A stretch of 63,231 nt of DNA, counting the filler, from Basidiobolus ranarum (taxonomy: Eukaryota), in assembly GCA_040143965.1 (NCBI GenBank). It is 25 parts of 25 records of this genome, joined end to end, with 100 filler letters (N's around TTAATTAATTAA, not from the genome) between each part and the next. Parts side by side here need not be neighbours in the genome. Positions count along the whole stretch, not along the records: positions 35,538 to 37,968 come from JASJQH010010221.1; positions 38,069 to 40,498 come from JASJQH010010222.1; positions 40,599 to 43,027 come from JASJQH010010223.1; positions 43,128 to 45,555 come from JASJQH010010224.1; positions 45,656 to 48,082 come from JASJQH010010225.1; positions 48,183 to 50,609 come from JASJQH010010226.1; 19 more parts are not named here. One strand, given 5' to 3'. The notes under the pieces are model-generated. The model was given only the letters and a program-made list of their open reading frames with translations. It had not been told where the DNA came from and did not search any database. The position numbers and the translations under genes are program-made. Numbering within the stretch: the stretch's first letter is position 1; every line of letters starts with the position of its first letter. This document shows positions 35,710 to 48,545 of this stretch, in pieces.

Positions 35710-37968
35710 CTCTCTAACTGTTGACTCTTTGCTTCTGAACACTACATTAATTGCAATATTGTGGCATTACTACCTGTCATGGCCTTTAGAGAAACTTCAT
35801 AGTTTTTGATTATCATTGCATACAAATCACTGTGGTGTTTTGTCTACAATTCCCTTGTTGTAATAATTCTATCCAAATTCTCTACAGATTGGTGTTCAAT
35901 GATGGGCAAACTAGCCATTTTGGAAATTCATGGTCTTGAAGGTGTTTTGATTGAACTTTGCTCAACTATTGATTTACTACATTATTGGGGGGTTACAAAG
36001 TCTTCACTTGCACTATTGCTGGAAAGTAACACATTTGGTAAATTGAGCAATGTTTCATCATTACTTGAGTTAGTTTCCGACATGTTAATGCCTTCCAAAG
36101 TAGATAGTGGATTGCTACACTGCTCATCAATTAAGTCCTCTGCTCTTGCTGGTTTTTTTCTTTTGTGCCAGCAGGCTTTGGCTTGGAAGCCAATTTTGAT
36201 TTAGATTTTGAATTCTTTATGAATGGCATTGAAATTTTCAGATGGTAAACTTGGTGTAATGAAATTGCTTAGAAGCAGCATATAATCAATCCAAATTGCC
36301 ATCCATTACCGCAAATATCTTGTAAATCCCCTGGTGACTCATTTGTGACACCATCTCAGAATCAACTGGTGATATTGATGGGCAATACTTGAAATACCAC
36401 CCTTATGTAGGAGGTGTTCCTTTTTCTACAATATCCTTCTCATGCCACAACACAAATGTTTAAAGAAGCCCTGCTATCTTTGGCACAAATTCTTGTGCTA
36501 TGAAAGCCAGAGGCTTCAAAGAAAAAATAATCTCAAGCATGGTCACTGTACAAAGCCACCAGCTGCACAATGCTTGGTGTATTACAACTGCAATAACTGC
36601 ACTGAAATGACTTCAGTTTTGCCCATTGAGTCCACTGACTGTGATTTACCTCAAAGCTTTGTTAACACTGCCAAAAGTCAAGATACCATCAAGTCACCAC
36701 AGTTACATGACCAGAATGATGTGGGTAGAAATGCAACTTTGGTTGAACCTGTAAGTTCAAACAACTTTGAAGACTTGCTGCTAGATATTGACCTTGGTTA
36801 TTCTGGTAGCAATGGTAGTATATCAGAAGTTGAAGAAGAAGTGAATGGCTTTGTTACAGACTCTTTGTTATTGGCAAACATTAGTCCACTTGTAACACTT
36901 ACTGTGAAGGAAGCAGCTTTGATTATTGAGGAGTGGAGAGTTCAATCCAATCTTAGAAACCAGGTGTTTATTGACTTTCTTATACTTTTTCCACAGATGA
37001 TTAGCAACTGTTGCTTGCCTCAGACCTGGTAAAAGTGGAAAGCACTTATCAATTGTATGACTTAAAATCCTTCAGTAAATAGATAACCTTCATGTCCATA
37101 TGGTTGTTTGGCTCTCACCAGTGATTTGCAGAACCTGAAGTCATGTATTGTTTGCACACAATTGGCAATCACTGAATCAGGTAAATATTGTTCCTATGTG
37201 GCTTACACACCATTGATTCCTGTCTTAAAGTTTTGATGAAATCACCCAAATACATATCATTGATCCAATACCAAAGTACTCACCATAAAGCTGATGGTAT
37301 TACTGGTATACTTGATGGATATCACTACCAGAATCTGAAAAGTCAAGGTTTCTTTGAGATCATGTATAATCATTCATTTGCATTGGCTCTGGATAGTTTC
37401 TCAATAAACCAATATACAATTGGAAAGGCTTGTGGCCAATAATTTTAATCAACTTAAATCTTCCTCCTTCTGAATGGTTTAAGAGTCACAATATTTTGAT
37501 ACTATCCATCATATCTAGACCTAAATTGCAAGTGATTATAAATAGCTTCTTGGAGCCTTTGATTACAGAATTTGAACAGTGGTCTAATGTGGTTCAGATG
37601 GGTGAATATTTTATTAAAGCCAATATTTTTGTGTGTATTGGTGATACTCCTGCCATCAGTAAACTTGGAGGTTTTTGTGGACACAATGCACTATTGTGCT
37701 CCAGATTTTGACAAATCAATGGAGTTTCCTCTATCAGGCATATGTATTACTGCTATCCAAATACAACACAAAACCTCATGATTTTACCATCAAGAGCCTG
37801 GTCAGATTACAAGACAATCACTAAGATCAATTCAGCAAATAGTTAGTCTTACATTAAACCTGGTATTAGCCATAAGCATAAGGTTATATTGCTAAAGGGG
37901 ATCAGCTGGAGCCAGAGCTTCCCATTAGTCACTATGCACTTACTATTCAACAACCTTCAAATACTACT
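35710..37968 (+). mobile_element. CACTA-like element: Tnp2 from ATG 36442 on plus and a divergent second ORF on minus
   Basis: FALALDSF...CWPIILINLNLPPSEWFKSHNILIL...NSFLEPL...CIGDTPAISKLGGFCGHNA is the Transposase_21 core; stops and frameshifts present. Confidence 0.85.
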
Positions 37969-39723
37969 NNNNNNNNNNNNNNNNNNNNNNNNNNNNNNNN
38001 NNNNNNNNNNNNTTAATTAATTAANNNNNNNNNNNNNNNNNNNNNNNNNNNNNNNNNNNNNNNNNNNNCTTCTTCGCATGTGGCGACTGCAATGATACTG
38101 AATATAACTCATCTCATTCCAGAATAGCCGCAGCCACTCACACTGAGAGAATGTGGGACATGGTGACATATCCTTGAAGATACGCGTAACTGTTGCTCGA
38201 GCCCTTGGTCCGGTATTTGACTCATTTACCCGATTATCGGAACTCGCTAATTAATGAATGTGGGAAAAGAGGGAATAAGGATGTTAAAGTTCAAAGTCTA
38301 TGATTTACATGCTTCCATTGGTTCTCAAATAGACAAGTGATTGATTTGTGCTACATTGTACAAGAGGGAACTGAGAGGAGTTCATTGGATGCCTTTTATG
38401 CAGATGATTTCATGTTACCTATTGGTTCTAAATTAGTCATTTCAGGGAATGTTGTGGGGTTCAACATAGGATGATTCGATAATGAACAGTTCCATACTTT
38501 CACTCTGACTTCGTTGAAGAGTAATGATGAAGTGTGTATTAACACTCGTGCGCGTAGTATTGCTCAGTACTACGTAATATTCTCTAACCTTCAAGACTTA
38601 AGATCATCGTTAGGACATCGTAGCCGTCAAGCCACGGTAATGCTGGTAAACGCCAGGAATATGCTGATACCTGAATAAGTTACAGTTTTAGAGCAATGGT
38701 TCAGGTGCTGATCAGTATATTCAAGTCATATTCTCAATAAAATGGCCCAGAGTCGGTTCAGGCAACAAATGCAATGTACCCAAAGGGTTCGTACCCAAAT
38801 AGTACGACAATGAGAGATAGTTATGGATACAATATTCGTGTTAGTTCCCCAAATATTATTTTTGTATCTCATATGTGTAACTTGATAGCTGCCTGGCTTC
38901 ATCCTGATTAGATGGGGGTTACTGGTTTCCACAGCGACCCTTCAACGACGACCCTGAACACTTTCGGGGATTTCTAACAATATATGGCAATTCCATGAGG
39001 TATCACAAGAGTCACTCTCCATCAGGAATATGTCGACACTACGCGTACTTGCACACGTACACTTCGATATGAGATAACGAGGTGCCCCATATTCATAACA
39101 CATTCACATGAAGCCGTTAAAGTACTATATGCACGATCTGAAATGCTAAAAGATCTTGTCGACCCTTCAGCCACCTTAGTTTGGAAGTGAAACTTGGCTA
39201 TCCATAGCTGATAAAAGATAGCTTCCCTAGTAACTATATTGAAATATTATTAATTGGCCATATCAAACTCAACTTTCCACAGTTTACATGTGATGGGATG
39301 ATTGAACCCCTAGTACATTGGATCGACGTTTACCGGCCCAATTGTTAACTTTTTTCATGGCGGTTACATTTCTATGCTTGTCAACAAGCTAATCTTGCTA
39401 TTTGAATGTTATTAAAGACAATTTGAATTCTAGATAGACAAGGTCTTTTTAATGATGATTGCTTTCTAAAATGATCATAAATGCTCAGAAGGATGGGCTA
39501 TATACATTCTGAAACTCGCGGAGGAATGAATGGTAGATTTTTGTTAAATACTGCACCAAAGCGAACAGGAAAGGCTCCCGCAAATGCTTTAAGAAGTACA
39601 TAAAAATAATCTAGGTTTTGCTTGTTCCACAGAAAGAATAAAAATAAAATGCTATATATAAAAGTGAATAGATTGAATGTTATCTACGGATCTACCGCCA
39701 TTCAACAATGCTTGGGAATGTAG

Positions 39724-40498
39724 TTAAATGGCGATAGAGGTGGCAGTTTGCGCAAGTGTCAAGACGTGGGTATGCTCGATGTGGTATTTGAGCCCATTAA
39801 GGTTCTTATAGCTCTTGCCACAATCAGGGTATGAACACTTGTATGGCTTGATGGTGGGTTTGGATCCGTCGCCATTGGAGCAGTGGCCATGGAGTTTATG
39901 GTACTTCAATCCATTAGCATTCTTATACGATTTTTCACATCCAGGAACTGGGCACTTGTAGGGCTTCTCTGCAGGTGTGGGCTTAATTTCAACATGGTCT
40001 ACTGGAGCGATACCAGCAGCAGCATGGAGGAGATCATCAACACCAGTAACAAAGTCGGGGGAATAAATTGAAGGGATTCCGGTAAAAAGCTCTTCCTCAG
40101 TAAAAGTTTGTGAAAGACTGTTGACATCAAGAACATAAGAAGGTGCAATTTTTTTGGCAGGACCTGAAATTGCTTCAGAAGCCATACGCTTGTTGGAAGG
40201 CTGGACGGCTCTTAAAACAGAGTTGTCAAATGCAGAGGCAAAGGCCTCGTTTTGCAAAAGAGACTCTTCAGCGTACACATCATTCAGAGATACAACATCA
40301 CTTGTGTAATCTCCGACAAGGCCAGGATCAGAGATAGGGGAGGATGGAGCAGTGATACCAGAGTCACTGGAGTTTGACCAGTCATCTTCCTGATATATAC
40401 CTTGGGCGTCGTCAGTTTCAAAACGAACATGGCACTCTTCGAAGTGTTGAAGTAAATCATGAAGGTCTTCTAAAACTATACCACAGCATGAGAAATCT
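39724..40498 (-). CDS. SFP1: Sfp1/JAZF1-like C2H2 zinc-finger transcription factor, 5'-partial
   Basis: One open frame from DFSCCGIVLEDLHDLLQHFEECH to KPYKCPVPGCEKSYKNANGLKYH and CGKSYKNLNGLKYH. Confidence 0.85.
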
Positions 40499-40598
40499 NN
40501 NNNNNNNNNNNNNNNNNNNNNNNNNNNNNNNNNNNNNNNNNNTTAATTAATTAANNNNNNNNNNNNNNNNNNNNNNNNNNNNNNNNNNNNNNNNNNNN

Positions 40599-43027
40599 CT
40601 CTTGGTACCAAATATAGCCAAGAATCTTTTCTCAGTAACCTAAGCAACCGCTCAAGGACTAAATTTTGTGGTCAGCAAGAAAGGATGCACTACCACAGAT
40701 TAGAATACCACTAAATTGCCTACCCAGATCAAAGCTCAAAACTTAAAGAAATTAGTAATTCACAAGGTACACTCTGAGCATGTAAACTTGGCAAAAACCA
40801 GTGCAATAAGCTATGAAGCATGGCATAGATGCTTAGGACACATTGGGGAACAAAAGCATATCCATTTGATCAAAAATCCGCATGTTTCAGGGCTGTAAAT
40901 TGAAATTATCACCAAATGGGATATGTGTGAAGATTGCCTCTATAAAAAACAACCCAGACAATTTTTTTCAATCTGTGGAGAGATCAGGTATATGCCCAGA
41001 TGTATTCTGACCTATGTGGGCCCATGAAAAATGCCATACTAGGTGGCCAAAGGTACTTTATGCCCTAAATAGAAGATAAAACAAGACTTACTTGGGAATT
41101 TTTTCTCAAATAATAATTTGAAGTATAAACTATGTTCAAGCACTAAAAAGAAGTGGTAAAGAAGAAATCAGCATGAAAAATGAAGGTATTATGTGGTAGT
41201 AGTGAAAAATATTGCTCTAAAGACTTTGCTAGTTGTTGTTCTAAAGATGGAATTGAGCAACAAATAACTATACCTTATATTTCACAGCAAAATGGAGTTG
41301 CAAAAATGCTAATACAACAATGGTGGAGATGGCAAGATCTGTGTATCATGATCTAAAGCTAGATTACCAATATTGGACTGAATCTGTCTCCAATGAAGTC
41401 TACATCAAAAACAGAAGCCCAACAAGATTGCTACAAAATGTTGCTCCATTAGCAGCACTCTATGGATTGATACCAAGTGTGCATCATCTCAGGATCTTTG
41501 GTTGCACAGTATAGTGGCTTTTTCTAACTCCAAAGCACTCTAAATTGGAACTCATAAGCAGTAAATGCATACTTTGTGGTTATTGGGATGGATCTAGGGC
41601 CTTCAAACTTTTTGTTACCAAAAATTAGAAGGTAATTAAGTGTGTAGAGGTGATTTTTGACAAAAAAGCAAATTTTCACATCTATATTCAATTCCTGTCC
41701 CAGAAAACACCTTCAGCACTATTCAGAAATCTTCTGACAGAATTCATGCGGTATCTGAGCCCAATTGGACCATATTTTTAGCCCCAGTTGCATTGGAGGA
41801 TGATTCAGGACCTACAAGATCATCAAGAAGGACAAATAAGCAATGGAGCTGATGAACCACTTCCCATGATGATATCTACACTTATGCAGCATACTTTGAC
41901 AGGCCACTGACTCAAGAGTAAGCCCTGGAGTGTCTAGAGTCAAAATTTTGGATAATAACTTTGGATGAGTTTTCTTCAGTTCAGGAAGAAAGTTAATAGG
42001 TTGCAAATTGATATGCAAAGTCAAAGTCAGAGCTGAAGGAACCCTAGAAAGGTACAAAGCAAGATCAGTTGCAAAAGGTTGTTTCCAAACTCCAGAAGTT
42101 GATTTCAATGCAACCTTTTCTCCAGTAGCTAGGTTTAGTGCCGTTTGGGCAATCCTGGCACTCTCAGCTGTCCAAAACCTTTATTTACATCAAATGGATA
42201 TAAAAAAGCCTTACTGAGCAGAAATCTACAACAAGATATCTATTTGGAACAACCAGATGGATTTGTTGACCCAAAACACCCTGATATAGTGTGTCAACTG
42301 CCATGGTTGCTATATGGTATCAAGCAAGCACTCAGGTCATGGTACCACAAGAAGGATAACTATCTGGAATTACTGGTTTCCCAAAACTGCACTGCGGATC
42401 ACTGTTATTACAGTACAGCTAGCAGATATAGAATTCTCCTCTGTGGACTATATATGGATGACCTGATTATAGCCTCAAATAATCTAGAAGCACCCCATCA
42501 GATGAAAAAAAGTTTTTGAAACCAGTTTAATAGGACTGATATAGCTGAAATAAGCTATTTCCTTGAAACTCAAACCAAGAGAGATAAATACAATATAAAT
42601 ATCATGTGGAACTACTGTAAATACATCCTAGACATCCTGAAGCATTACAACATGGACAATAGCAAGCCTGTATCTACAACAATAGATCCTGCTGTGACAT
42701 TAATCAAAATTTCTTCTGATATGGCTCAAAATGACCCAAATCAAGGCCAGGAGTGCCTCATCAATCCATGGCAGGTAGTTTAATATATAAAATGGTTGGA
42801 TCATGTCCAGACATTGCTGTAGCAGTGCAAACTGTCAGCCACTATCTCAAAAATCCAGTCTCTGATCACAAAATAGCAGTAAAAAAAACATTCATGTACT
42901 AGAGAAAAACTGTAGCTCTAGTTCTGGAATACTCTGACTATCCTGATGCACAAAAGTTTTAAAGGCTACAGTGATGCAAACTGGGTGGAAACTTCAAGAA
43001 GGAAAGATGAAAATTGGGTACACTTTT
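40599..43027 (+). mobile_element. Ty1/Copia pol, heavily degenerate
   Basis: WHRCLGH, QQNGVA, HLRIFGC, YKARSVAKG, LYMDDLII and GYSDANW motifs with many stops. Confidence 0.9.
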
Positions 43028-43127
43028 NNNNNNNNNNNNNNNNNNNNNNNNNNNNNNNNNNNNNNNNNNNNTTAATTAATTAANNNNNNNNNNNNNNNNN
43101 NNNNNNNNNNNNNNNNNNNNNNNNNNN

Positions 43128-43409
43128 CGCTGATTCGACATCCTCCGGTACTACCCAACTAAATCCATTAAGTGAACTTTCTACTGCATTACCAATGGTC
43201 TCAACTATTTTCAAATCATCCTGAACCCCATGTAACAGGGCAATATCGAGTGTATCAGGAGTAATATGAAGCGCTTCCCATCGTACAACACCAACTTCCC
43301 CAGCTTTCCATACTGTATGGGATACTGGGCTCGTAATAAAGAAGCCATTAGTATAGGATAATACACATACCCAAATAATTGTGAGCTCTATAGAGTGAAA
43401 GTATTTCAT
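43128..43409 (-). CDS. Secreted Kre9/Knh1-N-like (Ser/Thr-rich GPI-anchored family) cell-wall protein, 3'-partial
   Basis: Signal peptide, then ITSPVSHTVWKAGE...VRW...DIALLHG...GFSWVVP. Confidence 0.75.
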
Positions 43410-45188
43410 TTTAGCACTTGGTGAGCTTGAATGGAGGGTAAGCGAGGAGAGGGGATGAAATGTATGGAGAGTAAATGACGGATACGAGAATATGCTGCTT
43501 CAGAAACGGATATTCGACATTTAAATGACAGGATCTACGGAGGAGGGGTAGAAGCTAGAATGAACCTCCTTTCATGTATGTATTGCATACGATGCTTAGT
43601 GAGATTGATGAATAGCTGTGCTGTGCTATTTGTTATTGATGGGAAGATCTACATGTGCATCACTGGTATGCATTAAATTAAATAAGATCGAATTCGGAAT
43701 TTTTCAGCATGCAATGCAATCATAATATGCAACTCACACTTCATGAATAATATGAAATATTGCATGTATTGAAGTCAATAAACTGATCCTAACAAGTGAA
43801 GCTAAATAGCAGATACTAATGACCCAAGTGTATATCTCTGTGGCTAGGAGAAGATTTACGGGGAGCAGTGGATAAGATATCTGTGCACACAAGTGGAGCT
43901 GTCAATGAGAAAAATCTAATTGATGAAAATAGATTGTAACATACAATAGCTACGTGAGGATTTTTATGCAGCGTATAATCAATCCACGGAGAATAAATTT
44001 ATGGAACCGAAATAGTTACGCGTCATTGTTTAATAGAGTTGGGCTTTTCATGAAGAACCTCGTGAGGTTTGTTTTGGTCTGTCCAGTGTCTACATTCACT
44101 TATTTACCACTGGGAATGTTGCCCCAAATCTACAGGTAGAAGGTCAATTTGAAACAATTTAATATTGACAAACTGGGAAATATATGTGCAACATAACACC
44201 AACAAATCTCATTTATCCTAATAGAAGATTGCCGGGAAGCGCTGCATTCGATAATGCTTGTGAAACTCGGATAAGCGCATAATCCTAATGGCTAAGAAAG
44301 TTTTTAGCAAGGTGTATCAATGACCATACCAATTTCCAACAACTATACCATGTACTCCTTGGGAGCTAGCCAACCTTACTTGGCATCATGTGGCCTTGAA
44401 AACATATTTGACCGGCAGTTTATTTCAGGATAACTTGGGCATTGAGTTTACCGGCAGGATAGCCATTTTCGTCCAAGTGTTGCGCTCTGCTTTAGTATAT
44501 ACTTTTTCAAGTCTGAGTATTAGGCAGTACCGTATTGACTCATTTAGTAAGATAGAAAACTTGCACTCACTAGAGTCAACGTTTAGGTTTAGGCTGTAAT
44601 TTAACACAAATATAATTGTTTATTAGGTAATGGTAATGATCTACACAACCATAGGACCAAATTGAAATCACTACTAGTCCGCACATGGACAGTTGCCCCA
44701 ATTTGGTTAAACGCTTTAACAACTTGAGCAGCATGTGTTCCTGCATAAATTAATCGTTAGCCAGTTTGATGTATCCTCAGTTTGATCATTAAACGATGCT
44801 CTACTCTTAATGGAGTGATTGATATCAGAGTATTAGCACTTAAATCCATAGCAGACAACCAAAATAAGAAAGCAAAGTCAGGAGCGTTCTACAAGAGGAA
44901 CCAAGTGAACGTAGTACTTCTTTACCATGCCTGTGACTTATCCACATAAAGAACGGCTATCCTATGACCTAGCATCTAATAATACAATCTATCAATAGTT
45001 AAAGATTAGCATAAGATCGAGACCAGTAAGGTATCAAGTGCTATGGCTTACAAATTGAACTAGATCTCGTAACCATCATCAGCGTGGGATAAAAAGAAAC
45101 CTCGGTGAAAATTAATAAAAAGGCTCTAACGAAGGACTGAGTAAGCATCTAATATCGGTTGTTTCTCAGAAGAAGACTTATTTTGGAA

Positions 45189-45555
45189 ATGTTGGCATCT
45201 CGTCTTTTCGCACTCTCCAGTATTCTCATTAGTACCGCTCTTACTTCTGCATTCCAGGACAATTGCAACAATAACTTTGTCACTTACTGGGGCCAAAATT
45301 CTTACGGTATCAGCACGCCTGATAAATCTAAATGGGAGAAGTCTATCCGCGGCTACTGTGAGGATGATACTGTAGACGTCTTGAATGTCGCCTTCTTGAA
45401 CACCTTTAACTCAGGAACAAATAAACTTCCCGAGATTAACCTGTCCTTCCATTGTGATAGTACCTTTTTTCCCGGCACTTCGTTATTGAGTTGCCCCGAT
45501 ATTGGAGATGATATCAAATACTGCCAATCTAAGGGCAAGAAGGTGATCATGTCCG
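45189..45555 (+). CDS. GH18 class III (Cts1-type) chitinase, 3'-partial
   Basis: Signal peptide, VTYWGQNS, YCEDDTVDVLNVAFL and CPDIGDDIKYCQSKGKKVIMS. Confidence 0.92.
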
Positions 45556-45655
45556 NNNNNNNNNNNNNNNNNNNNNNNNNNNNNNNNNNNNNNNNNNNNT
45601 TAATTAATTAANNNNNNNNNNNNNNNNNNNNNNNNNNNNNNNNNNNNNNNNNNNN

Positions 45656-45948
45656 GGGGTCTTAGGGACTACAAGGACCAATACAAAGAGGGATGATGCA
45701 AGGATGATGTAAGGATGATCAGGTGACCTTCCATGGAAGGTCTTGGCGGAAATACACTAAGTGTGAGATGACATGATTGGTCAGGTTTCATGGAATGTTC
45801 GAAAGAACATGACTTCCATATAAGATAATCTGGATGAACTGACACCAGATTGCCAAGAAGGGATGGCACAGTAGATATGATGTCATAATCTAATAATAGA
45901 AGAGTCCCATATGCAGTGGATCAGTATGCCGAGATCAGAATCATGACA
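45656..45948 (-). mobile_element. LTR-C (Gypsy) inserted into a Copia RT remnant
   Basis: Near-identical to 1-234; interrupts the RT at ATPMDPGV. Confidence 0.8.
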
Positions 45949-47121
45949 CACACCTGGATCCATGGGAGTTGCTACTGGCTTGCAATTCTCCATCCTGTAA
46001 CATCTGAGAATGTCTGAGATGTATTTAGGTTGATTCAGAGCAATAGAATTGCTCAATATATCTGTATGAATCTGCAGGCCTAAAAAATATGTAAGTTCAC
46101 CTAAATTGGGCATCATGAATTGGACAAATAGAACTCTTTTGGTGTTTCTGAGAACTTCATCATTATTGGTAGCTATAATCAGAGCATATACATATAAGGT
46201 AAGTATCACCTTACTGCCCTTATCTGTCCTGGTTTGTTACAACCATAGCATAAACCTGGTTTCCTTCTTTTGTAACCTTTGTACTTGCCAAAGCTACAGT
46301 TTCCAGTTCCCAAAAGAGCTACTTTCTCATATTCTTTTTCCAAATTCTTACTTCTGAGATGTTGATCTATTAGCCTTATTATCACAAACTTCAGAGACAA
46401 CTTGTCAGATCTTACTTCCAAAGCTGTGACCAAGTTTGAATACTGTTCTGGTAGACTACTTAGAAGAGTAGTAATGACATCTTCTTCCTGTAAAGTTGCA
46501 CCGATATTTTCCAGTTGTTTTGCCAAAGATCTCACATTTGCAATAATTAACCATGCTTTCAGACTTTTCCATCTTTATATTGAAGAACTTTTGTCTGAGA
46601 AAGAGTCTATTAACAAGACTCATTGCTTCATAACACTCTTCTAATATCGCCCAAGCTTGATGGGAAGTCTTTGCATATTGAATTTTCACAAGTTGTGAAT
46701 CCTTCAAACTTTGACAAATGACTTTAAAGGCCTTCTTGTCTATTTTCTTGCAAGCTTCCAATAAAGAAGTGTCAGAAGGTTCCTTTTTGTCTCCAGAGAC
46801 TACATCCCAAAGCTTGCTGTCTTCCAGCATGATTTGCATCTTGAACATCCAGGAATTGTAATTTTCATCATCAAGGTTTTCAACACTTGAGTTAATAAGA
46901 GTGGTAGTAGTGGTTTCTGTCATGCTGTAATGGTTAGAACATGGGGCTCATAATGTATTGGGAAAATATGGGCTGTTTGGAGGAACTTTAGAAAAGTGGA
47001 GTTATGAAATAGCTTTGTGAGATGTGACTAAGTAATGTTAGCTAACTTATATGTGATATATGAAATTGTTAGGTGTATAAAGATAGAGATAACAAATATG
47101 ATAAAGACAATAAATTTCAAC
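45949..47121 (-). mobile_element. Copia 5' end: LTR-A (46956-47121), PBS, gag, fused to a late RT fragment
   Basis: gag ATG at 46923, NYNSWMFKM, LLSSLPEQY and CYGCNKPGQ knuckle, then directly LYVYALIIA...LGELTYFLGLQI, which matches ~62475-62730. Confidence 0.85.
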
Positions 47122-47129
47122 TAAAAGAA

Positions 47130-47390
47130 GCAACATGGTAAAGAAAACTTTTAACAGATTTGGGTTATTCTCAAAATTCACCTACCACAATATTTCAAGA
47201 AAATCAAAGTTGTATCAAATTGGCTACAAATCCCATGTTTCATAATTGAAGCAAACATATAGATATTAAGCATCACTTCATTAGAGAGACTATATAGAAT
47301 ATGTTTATTGACTTAACTTATTGTTCTACAGAAGACGTGATTGCCGATATATCAACCAAACCATTCCCTAACAGAAATTTGAGGACTGTT
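47130..47390 (+). mobile_element. Copia RNase H remnant
   Basis: KHIDIKHHFIRE...YCSTEDVIADISTKP. Confidence 0.7.
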
Positions 47391-47629
47391 ATTGTAGGAA
47401 AACCATCACAATATTAATCCTTTTGGGATTGGCCATTTACTTGCTGTCATAAAATTGTCAAGTTGGATTTGATTTTAATCAATTTTTTCAGTTTCAGGAG
47501 TGAAATTTCAAGATCTCACAAAATAGTTGCACATGCTTGGCAACAATCTCAGTGAACTATGGATCAACACATGTGCAAAAAACATAACTCCAATTTTACA
47601 CAATTATGACTGGAATGCTAGGTTGTCAC

Positions 47630-48082
47630 CTTCAAAATCCCTAGTCTCTTTGATATATTCTCCTGAATATTTTTATAGAGTTCTCTATACCCAAGGTTTA
47701 GCTCATACCCAATACAACTTTGTATCAATATCTCCATCAAAACCTACCATTGTATTAATGTTGCTGAAGCAACATTCTTCCAACTATATTGCGGATACCC
47801 TGCAATATATTGCCACTTGGTATTTAGTTCTTCCAAGATATCTGCATGGTCAACACCAGACTGAATGCCAAGTTGAATGTTCTTCTTCTGAAGCCACTTT
47901 CTGCATACTTGCACTGCATTTTTCCCTTCATACTTTCAAAATACTCCTCAAGCACTTTGATTATTTTTGTATATCCTTGTAGTGTGAAACTACTGAGGGT
48001 GCTTTGCGGTGTTTGTGCTGCTTTTTGCCTTCCTTTACCTTTGGGGCTAATTTCATCACTTTGAAAAGTACCCGTTGATGTT
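47630..48082 (-). mobile_element. Fragment of the second-ORF region of the CACTA-like family
   Basis: Matches 51250-51600 and the reverse complement of 55510-55661. Confidence 0.7.
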
Positions 48083-48182
48083 NNNNNNNNNNNNNNNNNN
48101 NNNNNNNNNNNNNNNNNNNNNNNNNNTTAATTAATTAANNNNNNNNNNNNNNNNNNNNNNNNNNNNNNNNNNNNNNNNNNNN

Positions 48183-48545
48183 AACATATTCTACACGTTA
48201 GTTTGTTTACATCTTGACAAAACTATAAATGTCAACTTTCTACTCAATAAATCAATAAGTGAAAACCACCAATTCCTCTAATTCTCCAAACCATTTCCAA
48301 CAGGCTCCCAAATACTTTAACAGTTTCAACCTGTCGCATCACGATGTATATGATCTATCAAGCTGTTAGAGGTATTCCCTCGTGTTAAGCCGGCTGTGAT
48401 GTATATATTTGTTATTACTGTTGAAGTATTTCGGGAGTTTATGTGGCTTGGAGAACTAGAAGAAATGGATTTCAGTTATTGATTTATTGAGTAGAAGGTT
48501 GACATTTCTATTTCTGTTGAGATGTAGTCGGAAAGTGTGTAGAGC
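48183..48545. mobile_element. Family B arm (48183-48322) plus an older diverged arm in the opposite orientation (~48419-48545)
   Basis: The first is near-identical to 11053-11192; the second begins TGTTGAAGTATTT. Confidence 0.65.

Noticed and set aside
40599-43027. Classical CpA-targeted RIP as the cause of TE decay
   Set aside because: CA and TG remain abundant while CG is what is missing, which fits CpG deamination better; judged by eye, not computed.
25404-45555. A chitin-remodelling gene cluster (deacetylase, chitinase, Kre9-like)
   Set aside because: The deacetylase lies on a different, unlinked contig.
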